Part shown: one piece after another, positions 27,973 through 37,182 of the stretch
How the letters are laid out: the number at the start of each line of letters is the position of its first letter
How positions within the stretch are numbered: position 1 is the first letter of the stretch
DNA from: Rhodanobacteraceae bacterium
GTDB taxonomy: Bacteria; Pseudomonadota; Gammaproteobacteria; Xanthomonadales; SZUA-5
Assembly (NCBI GenBank): GCA_016717705.1
Contig: JADKFD010000003.1
Location: forward strand, 73,892 to 137,891
Direction: 5' to 3'
DNA length: 64,000 nucleotides
Program-made: the position numbers and the translations under genes
The notes under the pieces: generated by a model
Told to the model about the DNA's origin: nothing
Seen by the model: the letters and a program-made list of their open reading frames with translations, nothing else
The model's database searches: none

Positions 27973-28790
27973 TCAGTCCCGCGGCGACAACACGTCGACC
28001 GGGTCGCCCACCCTGATCGTGCCGCTGCCGCGCGCGATCAGGTTCTGACCGAAGGTGATCCCCTTGGGGCTGCGCCGATAGGATTTCAGGGTGGTGAGCG
28101 GCTGCCCGTCGGATTCGGCCACTCCACTGTCCGGATCGATGGTGGTGAAGACGCAGCGCACGCAGGGTTTGACCACGTCGAACGCGATCTTGCCGATGCG
28201 CACCCGGCGCCAGCCGTCCTCGGCATGCGCCGGCGCGCCGTCGATCAGCAGATTCGGCCGAAAGCGGCGCCAGCCGAGTTCGCGGCCGGCGCGGGCAGAC
28301 AGTTCATCAGCGGCCGCACGCGTCAACAGCAGCAGCGGATAGCCGTCGGCAAAGCTCACCTCGTCGCCGGGCAGGCTGTAAGCCGTATCCAGCGCTCGCT
28401 GCATGGCTGCATCGGCATGCACCAGGCGCACCGGACGGCCGAGATAGTCACTGAACCAGCGCGCTGCCTCCGGACCGCCATCGGCGGCACTGACGCTGCT
28501 GTCCCACACGGTCGCGGCAATCCGCGCAGCGCCGACAGCCGGCGTGATTTCGATGGCCGGCATCCCCGGCGCGTCGAGGCGCAAGCGATCGGGTTCCATC
28601 GGCGTCGCGCGCACCATCACCAACTGCGGCAATTGCCGGCCGGTCAGGAAGCGACCTTCGGCATCGACCAGCATCCAACGCCGGTCATGCATCAGCCCAC
28701 GCGGGCTCGACCTGCGCGCTGGTCAAATCGTTGCCGGCGCAGGATTTGACTGGATAGGCCGAGATTGGCGGCGAGTCGGGCGTTCCGGGA
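27973..28790 (-). pseudogene. MOSC domain protein (YcbX-like), frameshifted at 28703-28705, with its 5' end running into a low-complexity block
   Basis: Main ORF MHDRRWMLVDAEGRFLTGRQ...VKPCVRCVFTTIDPDSG... The upstream frame encodes ISAYPVKSCAGNDLTSAQVEP. Removing one C from a CCC run restores ...VEPRGLMHDRRW... Confidence 0.7.
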
Positions 28791-29090
28791 AGACGGTCAC
28801 GCGGGGGAGCACGCGAGGGGGCGGCCGCCGGCGCGCGGCGGCCGCCCCCCGCGCCGCCCCCCCGGCAGGTGACCCGAGCGCCGGCGAACGCCACCGCGCG
28901 GGGGCCCACACCGGCCACCGACCGGTCTGACATCCGACGCGTAGACGTGCCGCGCAGCGGGTAAGCGCGGCGCCGGAGCGCCACGGCCGGGGGGCGGACA
29001 AGGACCCGCGCGCGGCGCGCGGGCAGCCGGCCGCCGCGCGCGGAGTCCGCGCCGGAGCGGCACCAGGCGCCCTACCCGCGCAACCAAGCG
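28790..29090. other. Extreme-GC, T-poor low-complexity block (probable sequence artefact)
   Basis: 9 T in 300 nt (28801-29100). The block is built from gcgcgg/gccgcc units and occupies the divergent promoter region between the MOSC and DUF3293 genes. Confidence 0.6.
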
Positions 29091-29128
29091 CCAACGCCAG
29101 ATCCAGCGACCCAGCGAAGGAAGTCTCG

Positions 29129-29590
29129 ATGACCGCGCTCAGCAAAGATCAACTCGACGCCTACGTGGCGGCGGTCTATGAAGTCGAGATCGACGGTCGC
29201 TGGATCGAGGCATCGGCGTTGCCACTTGCCGACGTGGCAACGCCAGCTGCCTTGATCAGTGCCTGCAATCCGTACTCGCAACTCCTGCCCGAGAGCGAGA
29301 ACGCGCAGCGCCATCTGCGTCTGCAGCGTGAGATCGAGGCCGGCGGTCACCGTTGCTGGCCGGCGCGCGGGCGCTCGGTCGATGCATCGTGGATCGAGCC
29401 CGGGTTCCTGGTGCAGGCACCCTTGGCCCAGGTCGACATCTGGGCCCGGGACTACCGGCAGCATGCCGTATGGCTGGCGCCCGATGCGGCGCGCGCGGCA
29501 AGCTTGCGGGTCTATACGGCCTTCGCTGGCGCAGAGCCACCCCCGCAATGGGAGGGAATGGACGTCGTATGGGTGCCGACGGCGAGTTGA
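29129..29590 (+). CDS. DUF3293-family protein
   Basis: 153 aa, ...ALISACNPYSQLLPESENAQRHLRLQREIEAGG...WIEPGFLV... GAAGGAAG lies upstream of the ATG. Confidence 0.6.
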   Translation: MTALSKDQLDAYVAAVYEVEIDGRWIEASALPLADVATPAALISACNPYSQLLPESENAQRHLRLQREIEAGGHRCWPARGRSVDASWIEPGFLVQAPLAQVDIWARDYRQHAVWLAPDAARAASLRVYTAFAGAEPPPQWEGMDVVWVPTAS

Positions 29591-29692
29591 CGCTCATAAA
29601 GGCATCGCGCACGTCGCATCAGCCCGATTTGACCCAGCCGCGGCGCAAATCGGTAGGATGCGCGCTGCCTTTGACCGCCAGAACGCGCCTGC

Positions 29693-30346
29693 TTGACCAC
29701 GACTTCCCCACCTTCGACTCAGCTGGCATTGCTGCAGGCCGAGTCGCTGACCTGTCTGCGCGATGAAGAAGCGCTGTTCGCGCCGATCGACATCGACCTG
29801 CCGCCCGGCCACTTGCTGGTGCTGGAAGGCCGCAACGGCGCCGGCAAGACGACCTTGCTGCGCGCATTGCTCGGTTTGCATCCGCTGACCGCGAAATCGC
29901 TGCATTTTCGCGGCACCGACGTGCTGCGCGAGCGCCACGCGCTGTGTTCGGGTGCGCTCTGGCTGGGCCATCTGCTGGCGCTGAAGGGCGATCTGACGGT
30001 GCGCGAGAACCTGCGCTACAACCTGGCGATCGGCGACGAGGACGCAGCAGAGGACGTCGATGAGCTGTGTGCGAATCTGGGCATCGCCGGCTATGAGGAC
30101 ACGCCGACGCGCTCGCTGTCGGCCGGCCAGCGCAAGCGCGCCGCATTGGCGCGCCTGGCCGCCAGCCGGCGCCCGCTGTGGTTGCTCGACGAACCCTTCG
30201 CCAATCTCGACGGCCCCGGCATGGCGGTAGTCGAACGCCTGCTCGCCACCCATCTGGCGCGCGGCGGCAGCGCCATGCTGACCAGCCACGGCGTACTGCC
30301 GATCACCCTGCCGGCGACCACGGTGCGGCTGGAGCATGCGCGATGA
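29693..30346 (+). CDS. ccmA: Heme ABC exporter ATP-binding protein CcmA
   Basis: Walker A GRNGAGKTTLLR, signature LSAGQRKR, Walker B LWLLDEP. TTG start. First gene of the ccm operon. Confidence 0.9.
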   Translation: MTTTSPPSTQLALLQAESLTCLRDEEALFAPIDIDLPPGHLLVLEGRNGAGKTTLLRALLGLHPLTAKSLHFRGTDVLRERHALCSGALWLGHLLALKGDLTVRENLRYNLAIGDEDAAEDVDELCANLGIAGYEDTPTRSLSAGQRKRAALARLAASRRPLWLLDEPFANLDGPGMAVVERLLATHLARGGSAMLTSHGVLPITLPATTVRLEHAR

Positions 30347-31026
30347 CCGCCCTGCGCCCCTATCAGGCCCTGCTCGCGCGCGATCTGCGCCTGGCTTTCC
30401 GCCGCCGCGCCGACTTGTTGCTGCCGCTCGGTTTCGCCGTGCTGGTGGTGCTGCTGTTCGGCATTGCCCTGGGTGGCACGCCGGAACGGCTGGCGCCGGT
30501 GTCGGCGCCGGTGATCTGGGTCACGGTATTGCTCGCCGGTTTCCTTAGTCTCGACGGCCTGTTTCGCCCGGATGTCGATGACGGCACGCTGGATCAATGG
30601 CTGGCCGGACCGACGTCCATCGTCGGCTTGATGTACGCCAAGGCTCTGGCCCACTGGTTGCTGTACGGTGTCGGCTTGACGCTGTCGACCCCGTTGCTCG
30701 CCATGCTGCTGAACCTGCCCGTTGATCTGTTGCCGGTGATGTTGGCCGCGCTGGCCATCGGCACACTGGGCGCGACCCAGATCGGCATCATCGCGGCGGC
30801 GTTGACGGCGCGTCTGCGGCGCAGTGGTATTTTGCTGGCGCTGATCGTCATGCCCCTGTATTTGCCGCTGTTGATCTTTGGCAGCGGCGCGGTGGATGCG
30901 GTGCGCCTGGGCGAGTCGCCCAAGGGCGCACTGCTGTTGCTGGCCGCGCAGACCGTATTGCTGTTGACCCTGGCGCCACCGGCTGCCGCCGCGGCCCTGA
31001 GAATCGGATCGGACAATCCACCATGA
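30343..31026 (+). CDS. ccmB: Heme exporter protein CcmB
   Basis: MTALRPYQALLARDLRLAFRRRADLL..., a polytopic protein. ATGA overlap with ccmA. Confidence 0.9.
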   Translation: MTALRPYQALLARDLRLAFRRRADLLLPLGFAVLVVLLFGIALGGTPERLAPVSAPVIWVTVLLAGFLSLDGLFRPDVDDGTLDQWLAGPTSIVGLMYAKALAHWLLYGVGLTLSTPLLAMLLNLPVDLLPVMLAALAIGTLGATQIGIIAAALTARLRRSGILLALIVMPLYLPLLIFGSGAVDAVRLGESPKGALLLLAAQTVLLLTLAPPAAAAALRIGSDNPP

Positions 31027-31772
31027 ATCCTGTTTGGCGCTGGTTTCACCAGCTTGGTTCGCCGCCTTATTTCTATCGTTTCGCGACCCGCTGGATGCCG
31101 TGGTTCGGCATCAGCGCGCTGCTGCTGACCGTGATCGGCATGTACCTGGGCTTCGTCGAGGCGCCCGCCGATTACCTGCAGGGCGACAGCTTCCGCATCA
31201 TGTACATCCATGTTCCGGCGGCGTGGATGAGCATGTTCATCTACGGCGTGATGGCGCTGAACGGCGCCATCGCGCTGATCTGGCGCATCAAGTTGTCGGA
31301 ATTGCTGTTCCTGTCCTGCGCGCCGATCGGCGCCATGTTCACGGCGATCACGTTGATCACCGGCATGTTCTGGGGCAAGCCCACCTGGGGCGCCTACTGG
31401 GTATGGGACGCGCGCCTGACCAGCGAACTGGTGCTGCTGTTCCTCTATTTCGGCGTGATCGGACTGGCGTCAGCCTACGACGATCTGCGTCAGGGTGCGC
31501 GCGCCGCCGCCGTGCTGGCGCTGGTTGGCGTGGTTAATGTTCCGATCATCCATTTCTCGGTTAAATGGTGGAACACGCTGCACCAGGGCGAAACCGTCCG
31601 CATCATGGGCAAGAGCAGCATCGATTCCTCGATGTTGTGGCCGCTCTTGATCATGGCGCTGGCCACCAAGCTGTACTTCGTGTTCGCGCTGCTGCTGCGC
31701 ACGCGCAGCGCGCTGGCGGAGCAGGAACGCGGCAAGCAGTGGGTGCGCGAAGCCATGGTGGAGGCCGCCTGA
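31023..31772 (+). CDS. ccmC: Heme exporter protein CcmC
   Basis: 249 aa with the WGxxWxWD tryptophan-rich motif (WGAYWVWDARL). ATGA overlap with ccmB. Confidence 0.95.
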   Translation: MNPVWRWFHQLGSPPYFYRFATRWMPWFGISALLLTVIGMYLGFVEAPADYLQGDSFRIMYIHVPAAWMSMFIYGVMALNGAIALIWRIKLSELLFLSCAPIGAMFTAITLITGMFWGKPTWGAYWVWDARLTSELVLLFLYFGVIGLASAYDDLRQGARAAAVLALVGVVNVPIIHFSVKWWNTLHQGETVRIMGKSSIDSSMLWPLLIMALATKLYFVFALLLRTRSALAEQERGKQWVREAMVEAA

Positions 31773-31942
31773 TGCTCGCTTTCCTCGAAGCACACGGTCA
31801 TTGGGGCTACATCTACGCCTCGTTGGCGGTCACTGTGGTACTGGTACTCGCCGACCTGCTGCCGCCGTGGTTGCGACAGCGCAAGTTGCAGAACGATCTA
31901 CGCGCCCGCGCTCGTCGCGAACAACATCGGAGTGAGTCATGA
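31772..31942 (+). CDS. ccmD: Heme exporter protein CcmD
   Basis: 56-aa single-helix protein MLAFLEAHGHWGYIYASLAVTVVLVLADLL... TGATG overlap with ccmC. The position is diagnostic. Confidence 0.8.
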   Translation: MLAFLEAHGHWGYIYASLAVTVVLVLADLLPPWLRQRKLQNDLRARARREQHRSES

Positions 31943-32397
31943 ACCCCATCCGCCGCCGCCGTCTGTTGTTGATCCTGGGTCTGGTTGCGGGCATCGGCGC
32001 CGCCACCGGGCTGGCGCTGACCGCGCTGCAGGAAAACGTCAACCATTTTTACAGCCCGAGCGAAGTGCTCGCCGGCGGCACGCCTGAAGGCCGTACCTTC
32101 CGCCTCGGCGGCGTGGTGCTGGAGGGCAGTACCCGGCGCGACGGCACCTCGCTGAAGGCGCACTTCGTGGTGACCGACCGTTTCAAGGACCTGCCGGTCG
32201 AATACGAAGGCATCCTGCCCGACCTGTTCAAGGAAGGCCAGAGCGTGATCGCCACCGGCGCGCTGCAGGCTGGCGGCGTGTTCGTCGCCAGCGAAGTGCT
32301 GGCCAAGCACGACGAGAACTACATGCCCAAGGAAGTCGCCGAGGCGATCGCCAAGGGCAAGGCGCAGAAAGCCTCGCAAGGATCGCCCACGCCATGA
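31939..32397 (+). CDS. ccmE: Cytochrome c-type biogenesis heme chaperone CcmE
   Basis: 152 aa, ...FYSPSEV...FRLGGVV..., with the heme-binding His context (VLAKHDENYMPKEV). Confidence 0.95.
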   Translation: MNPIRRRRLLLILGLVAGIGAATGLALTALQENVNHFYSPSEVLAGGTPEGRTFRLGGVVLEGSTRRDGTSLKAHFVVTDRFKDLPVEYEGILPDLFKEGQSVIATGALQAGGVFVASEVLAKHDENYMPKEVAEAIAKGKAQKASQGSPTP

Positions 32398-34385
32398 TGC
32401 CCGAGCTCGGTCAAGTCTTCCTGATCCTGGCGCTGCTGCTCGCCGCGGTGCAGGCGGTGGTGCCGCTGATCGGCGCCCAGCTCAATGATCCGGCACTGAT
32501 GCGGGTCGCCCGCCCGGCCGCCTATGGCCAGTTCGTGTTCGTGGTCAGTGCCTATGCGGTGCTCACCTGGGGCTTCATCACCCAGGATTTCTCGATTGCC
32601 TACGTGGCCCAGAATTCCAATCTGCAGTTGCCCGAGGGCTACCGCATCAGCGCAGTGTGGGGTGCGCACGAAGGTTCGCTGCTGCTGTGGGTGCTCGCCT
32701 TGAGCATCTGGACCGTGGCGCTGGCGGCGCTCAGCCACAAGTTGCCGGAACGCTTCATGGCGCGTGCGCTGGCCACCCTCGGCGTGGTCGCGGTAGGCTT
32801 CATCAGCTTCACCGCCTTCACCAGCAACCCGTTCGAGCGCCATGTGCCGCCGCTGCCGGACGGCAACGACCTCAATCCGCTGCTGCAGGATTTCGGCCTG
32901 ATCGTGCATCCGCCGATGCTGTACATGGGCTATGTCGGCTTTGCCGTGGCCTTCGCCTTCGCCGTCGCCGCATTGATGGATGGTCGCGTGGATCGCCAGT
33001 GGGTGCGCTGGGCGCGCCCGTGGACCAACGTCGCCTGGTCCTTCCTGACCATCGGCATCGCGCTGGGCAGCTGGTGGGCCTATTACGAACTGGGCTGGGG
33101 CGGCTGGTGGTTCTGGGATCCGGTCGAAAACGCGTCGTTCATGCCCTGGCTGGTCGGCACCGCGCTGATTCACTCGCAAGCGGTCACCGAAAAGCGCGGC
33201 ACTTTCGCCGCGTGGACGCTGCTGCTGGCCATTGCCGCGTTCTCATTGAGCCTGCTCGGCACCTTCCTGGTGCGCTCGGGCGTACTCACCAGTGTGCATG
33301 CCTTTGCCAGCGACCCGACCCGCGGCACCTACATTCTGGTGTTCCTCGGCGTGGTCACCGGCGGTGCGCTGACGCTCTACGCCATCCGCGCGCCGCAGCT
33401 CAAGTCGGCACCGCCGGTCGGCCTGTATTCGCGCGAGAGCCTGCTGCTGCTCAACAACATCCTGCTCGCCACCGCCGCCGCCATGGTGCTGATCGGTACG
33501 CTCTATCCGCTGGTGGCAGAAGCGCTGGGCTGGGGCAAGATCTCGGTCGGCCCACCGTATTTCGGCCTGATGTTCTTCGTACTGATGGCACCGCTGGTGC
33601 TGATGATCCCGTTCGGCCCGCTGACGCGCTGGAAAGCAGATTCGGCCAAATCGGTGATGCTCGCTTTGCGCACGGCACTGGCACTGGCCGCGACCATTGC
33701 CGCGCTGGCGTGGATCTTCCAGCGTGAATTGCCGCTCAAGGCCGTGCTCGGCATCACCGCGGGTGCGTGGGTGCTGCTGGGCACGCTGGCCTTTATCGTC
33801 CGCCGCTGGCGCCAGGCCCAGCCAGGACGCCGCTTCACCGCCGAGATGATCGGCATGAGCCTGGCGCATCTGGGCGTCGGCATGTTCGTCATCGGCGTGA
33901 TGGTCACCGAATCGCTGAATGTCGAACGCGATTTGCGCATGAAGCCGGGCGATACCACCGAGATTGCCGGACTCGAAATCGCCTTCATCGCCCTGCGCAA
34001 TGAGAAGGGTGCCAACTACATCGCCGACGAGGGCGTCTTCGAGATCCGCAAGAACGGCAAGGTGCTGAGCGAACAGCATCCGCAGAAGCGCCAGTACCTG
34101 CGCGGTCAGGTGATGACCGAGGCGGCCATCGACGCCGGTTTCTTTGCCGACTTCTACATCGCGCTGGGCGAGCCGCTCGACAACGGTTCGGCCTGGGCCG
34201 TGCGCCTGTACTACAAGCCGATGATCCGTTGGGTCTGGCTCGGCGCCCTGATGATGATGCTGGGCGGACTGATTGCGGCCACCGAACGCCGATTGCGCCA
34301 GACGGTGGTTGAACGCGAGTCAGATCTCGTGCCAAACAAGGACAACGCGGCCATCGGCGGCAGGCCAGCGACGGAGTCCGCATGA
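32394..34385 (+). CDS. ccmF: Cytochrome c heme lyase subunit CcmF
   Basis: 663 aa, polytopic, with the WWxWDPVEN motif (WGGWWFWDPVENASFMPW). Confidence 0.95.
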   Translation: MMPELGQVFLILALLLAAVQAVVPLIGAQLNDPALMRVARPAAYGQFVFVVSAYAVLTWGFITQDFSIAYVAQNSNLQLPEGYRISAVWGAHEGSLLLWVLALSIWTVALAALSHKLPERFMARALATLGVVAVGFISFTAFTSNPFERHVPPLPDGNDLNPLLQDFGLIVHPPMLYMGYVGFAVAFAFAVAALMDGRVDRQWVRWARPWTNVAWSFLTIGIALGSWWAYYELGWGGWWFWDPVENASFMPWLVGTALIHSQAVTEKRGTFAAWTLLLAIAAFSLSLLGTFLVRSGVLTSVHAFASDPTRGTYILVFLGVVTGGALTLYAIRAPQLKSAPPVGLYSRESLLLLNNILLATAAAMVLIGTLYPLVAEALGWGKISVGPPYFGLMFFVLMAPLVLMIPFGPLTRWKADSAKSVMLALRTALALAATIAALAWIFQRELPLKAVLGITAGAWVLLGTLAFIVRRWRQAQPGRRFTAEMIGMSLAHLGVGMFVIGVMVTESLNVERDLRMKPGDTTEIAGLEIAFIALRNEKGANYIADEGVFEIRKNGKVLSEQHPQKRQYLRGQVMTEAAIDAGFFADFYIALGEPLDNGSAWAVRLYYKPMIRWVWLGALMMMLGGLIAATERRLRQTVVERESDLVPNKDNAAIGGRPATESA

Positions 34386-34906
34386 AGCCCCGCGCACTCA
34401 TCCCGCTGGTGGTATTCGTTGCCATCGGTTTCTTCCTCTACAGCGGCATCGGCAAGGACCCGCGCTACGTGCCCTCGCCGCTGGTGGGCAAGCCGATGCC
34501 GGAGTTTTCGGCGCCGGCGCTGCACGATCCGACGCGCATCGTCAGCAAGACCAGCCTGCTCGGTACGCCCTACCTGTTGAATGTATTCGGCAGCTGGTGC
34601 CCGAGCTGCCGTGTCGAGCACCCGATCCTGGCCGAATACGCCCGCCGCGGCGCCTTCAAGCTGGTCGGCTTCAACTGGAAGGACGAAAAGGCCGACGCCG
34701 AGCGCTGGCTGCAGCAGTTCGGCGATCCCTACGCCGAGATTTTCACCGACCTCGACGGTCGCCTCGGCATCGATTTTGGCGTCTATGGCGCCCCCGAAAC
34801 CTTCGTCATCGGCGCCGACGGCATGGTGCTGCACAAGCATGTCGGGCCGCTGGATGCACAGACCATCGAGAAAGAGATATTGCCGTTGCTGGCGGGGAAG
34901 CCGTGA
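34382..34906 (+). CDS. ccmG: Thiol:disulfide interchange protein DsbE/CcmG
   Basis: 174 aa with the thioredoxin motif WCPSC (NVFGSWCPSCRVEHP). Confidence 0.95.
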   Translation: MKPRALIPLVVFVAIGFFLYSGIGKDPRYVPSPLVGKPMPEFSAPALHDPTRIVSKTSLLGTPYLLNVFGSWCPSCRVEHPILAEYARRGAFKLVGFNWKDEKADAERWLQQFGDPYAEIFTDLDGRLGIDFGVYGAPETFVIGADGMVLHKHVGPLDAQTIEKEILPLLAGKP

Positions 34907-34963
34907 TGAGAGCAGAAACGGGGGGGCTGGGGCACGAGATGGCCGCAACCGGCCCCCGAGCAG

Positions 34964-35470
34964 TTGCGTGCCATTTCAGCGACGAGGCCCGCCGCCAGAC
35001 TCATTCGCGCCGCCCCCTGGCCCCGCCCCGCTTCGCACCCGCTGGCAGCCTGTTCGCCTTCGCACTGGCCTTGCCGCAACCCTGCCCTCGCCATCGACCC
35101 GATGCCGTTCGCCGATCGCGCGCAGGAAGTGCGCTATCAGAACCTGCTGCGCGAATTGCGTTGCCTGCAGTGCCAGAACCAGACGCTGGCCGACTCGGAT
35201 GCCGACATCGCGCGCCAGCTGCGCAATGAAGTGTTCCGCATGATCGGCGAGGGCAAGTCCGACGACGAGATCAAGGACTTCATGACCGCGCGCTACGGTG
35301 AATTCGTGCTCTATCGGCCCAAGGTCGAGAGCGGCACCTGGCTGCTCTGGTTCGGCCCTTTTGTGATTCTTGCCGGCGGCGCGTTGGCGCTGGTCCTGCA
35401 CTTGCGTAAACGCCGCACCGGTGCGACTGCGCCGGCTGCCACCGCGGCCCGAGACGAGGAAGATTGGTGA
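34964..35470 (+). CDS. ccmH: Cytochrome c-type biogenesis protein CcmH (NrfF-like); N-terminus unresolved
   Basis: The core RYQNLLRELRCLQCQNQTLADSDADIARQLR plus a C-terminal TM helix is clear. The frame as given has no signal peptide. A hydrophobic LFAFALAL segment lies in frame 1, which starts at ATG 34906 and overlaps the ccmG stop. Confidence 0.8.
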   Translation: MRAISATRPAARLIRAAPWPRPASHPLAACSPSHWPCRNPALAIDPMPFADRAQEVRYQNLLRELRCLQCQNQTLADSDADIARQLRNEVFRMIGEGKSDDEIKDFMTARYGEFVLYRPKVESGTWLLWFGPFVILAGGALALVLHLRKRRTGATAPAATAARDEEDW

Positions 35471-36771
35471 CCACAGCTTTCTGGATTTCCGCAGCGCTTC
35501 CCGTGGTGGTGGCGCTGGTTTTTGTCGCGTGGCCCTTGTTGCGCCAGCCGCGCGCCGGGGCAGTGGCGACGCAGACCGCGTTGCTGCGCGAACAACTCGA
35601 CGCGCTCAAGTCGGCGCATGCGAGCGGCCTGATCGACGACGCCACGTTCAAGACGCGGCAACAGACGCTGAGCGCCGCCGCACTGGCGCTGATCGACGCG
35701 CCCGCAAGCGCGCGGCCCGGCATTTCAGTCGCCGCCAAGCTGACCGCACTGGTGCTGCTGCTGGTGATCCCGTTCGCGACCATGCAGCTGTACCAGCGCA
35801 TCGGCACGCCCAATGCCATCGGCTTCAGCGGCCCGGGTGCGGGCACGCTGCAGACCCCCGAAGGTCCGGCGATGGATGCCAACAGCGCACCGGATCTGAA
35901 CAAGGCTGCCGACACGCTGGCCGCAAAACTGAAGGACAATCCGCAGGACGGCGCCGGCTGGGCCCTGCTGGCGCGCACCTATCGAGCTACCGAGCGCTTC
36001 GCCGAGGCCAACGACGCCTACACGAAGGCACGCGCGCTGCTGCCCGAGGAGCCCGATCTGCTGGCCGAATCGGCCGAGGCCATGGGCCTGTCGTCGACAC
36101 CACGCAGCCTGTCCGGCGAACCGGAAAAGCTGATTGCGCGCGCACTGGAACTCGATCCAAACAACCAGAACGCGCTGTTCCTGAAAGGACTGGCGCGCGC
36201 TCAGGCGGATGATCCGGCTGGTGCCGAGGCCACGTGGGAGCAACTGCTGGGGCTGATGGAAGCCGGCTCACCGTCGCAGATCGCGGTGGTGGAACAGCTC
36301 AACATCGTCCGCGAGCGACTGGGCAAGGCAGCGATGGAGATACCGGCCGCTGGACCCGCTGCAGCGCCGATGGCGGCGCCCGCGGCTGCGCCGATGGCCG
36401 CCGGCAACCAGGCGCCGGACCCGAATGCCGCCGGCGTCGACGTCAGCGTCAGCGTCGCGCCGGAACTCGCCGATCTGGTGCAACCCGGCGACACCCTGTT
36501 CGTGTTTGCGCGCGCCGAGGCTGGCCCGCCGGCGCCGCTGGCGATCCAGCGCCGCACCGCCAGCGAACTGCCGCTGACGCTGCGCCTGGACGAATCCATG
36601 GGCATGATCGCCGGCATGTCGATGGCGCAGTTTCCGCGCGTGATCATCGGCGCGCGGATTTCCCGCTCCGGCAATGCCATGCCGCAGCCGGGGGATCTCG
36701 AAGGACTGACGGCCGCGATGAGCTGGCGTGAAGCCGGCAAGGTCGATATCGTGATCGGCAGCGTGCGCTGA
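35464..36771 (+). CDS. ccmI: c-type cytochrome biogenesis protein CcmI (TPR-containing)
   Basis: An N-terminal TM helix (FWISAALPVVVALVFVAWPLL), TPR-like repeats and the last position in the ccm operon. Start is TTG 35464 or GTG 35467 (GTGA overlap). Confidence 0.85.
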   Translation: MVTTAFWISAALPVVVALVFVAWPLLRQPRAGAVATQTALLREQLDALKSAHASGLIDDATFKTRQQTLSAAALALIDAPASARPGISVAAKLTALVLLLVIPFATMQLYQRIGTPNAIGFSGPGAGTLQTPEGPAMDANSAPDLNKAADTLAAKLKDNPQDGAGWALLARTYRATERFAEANDAYTKARALLPEEPDLLAESAEAMGLSSTPRSLSGEPEKLIARALELDPNNQNALFLKGLARAQADDPAGAEATWEQLLGLMEAGSPSQIAVVEQLNIVRERLGKAAMEIPAAGPAAAPMAAPAAAPMAAGNQAPDPNAAGVDVSVSVAPELADLVQPGDTLFVFARAEAGPPAPLAIQRRTASELPLTLRLDESMGMIAGMSMAQFPRVIIGARISRSGNAMPQPGDLEGLTAAMSWREAGKVDIVIGSVR

Positions 36772-36850
36772 CCAAGGGCAGCGGCAATCCGCCACCCAAT
36801 CGATGCGGTTCGCTGCGCTCACCACATCCTCGGAGCTGCGAGTGGCACCC

Positions 36851-37086
36851 AGTGTAGTGCGGCGTAAGTAACTGACTTTTGTTTCCGATGCATTTTGGCC
36901 CGAGGCTAGGCGAGAGGAGGGTGAGAGCAGTCAAGCTTGCGCCGCATGCGGCGCGACTGCTCGAACGCACGCAACTTGTTGCGGGCCGGGACCGAAGGTC
37001 ATAGCTCTTCTATGGCGACGACGAACAACGACGCATCGGGTCAAAAGGCGCGGAAATAGTGGCAGTTCCTTATGCCGCACTACACT
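36851..37086. mobile_element. Candidate 236-bp MITE with 26-bp imperfect terminal inverted repeats
   Basis: Left end agtgtagtgcggcgtaagtaactgac (36851-36876). The reverse complement of the right end (37061-37086) is agtgtagtgcggcataaggaactgcc, matching at 23 of 26 positions. The interior looks lower in GC and has no ORF. Confidence 0.55.
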
Positions 37087-37182
37087 AGTCCCTTCGGGCC
37101 AACGTGGCCTGCCGCGGCGCTTCTCGTGACGTGCCGCCCGCCTGCATTCGAAGTCCCCGTCCCTCTCGAAAGTCCACCCGCC

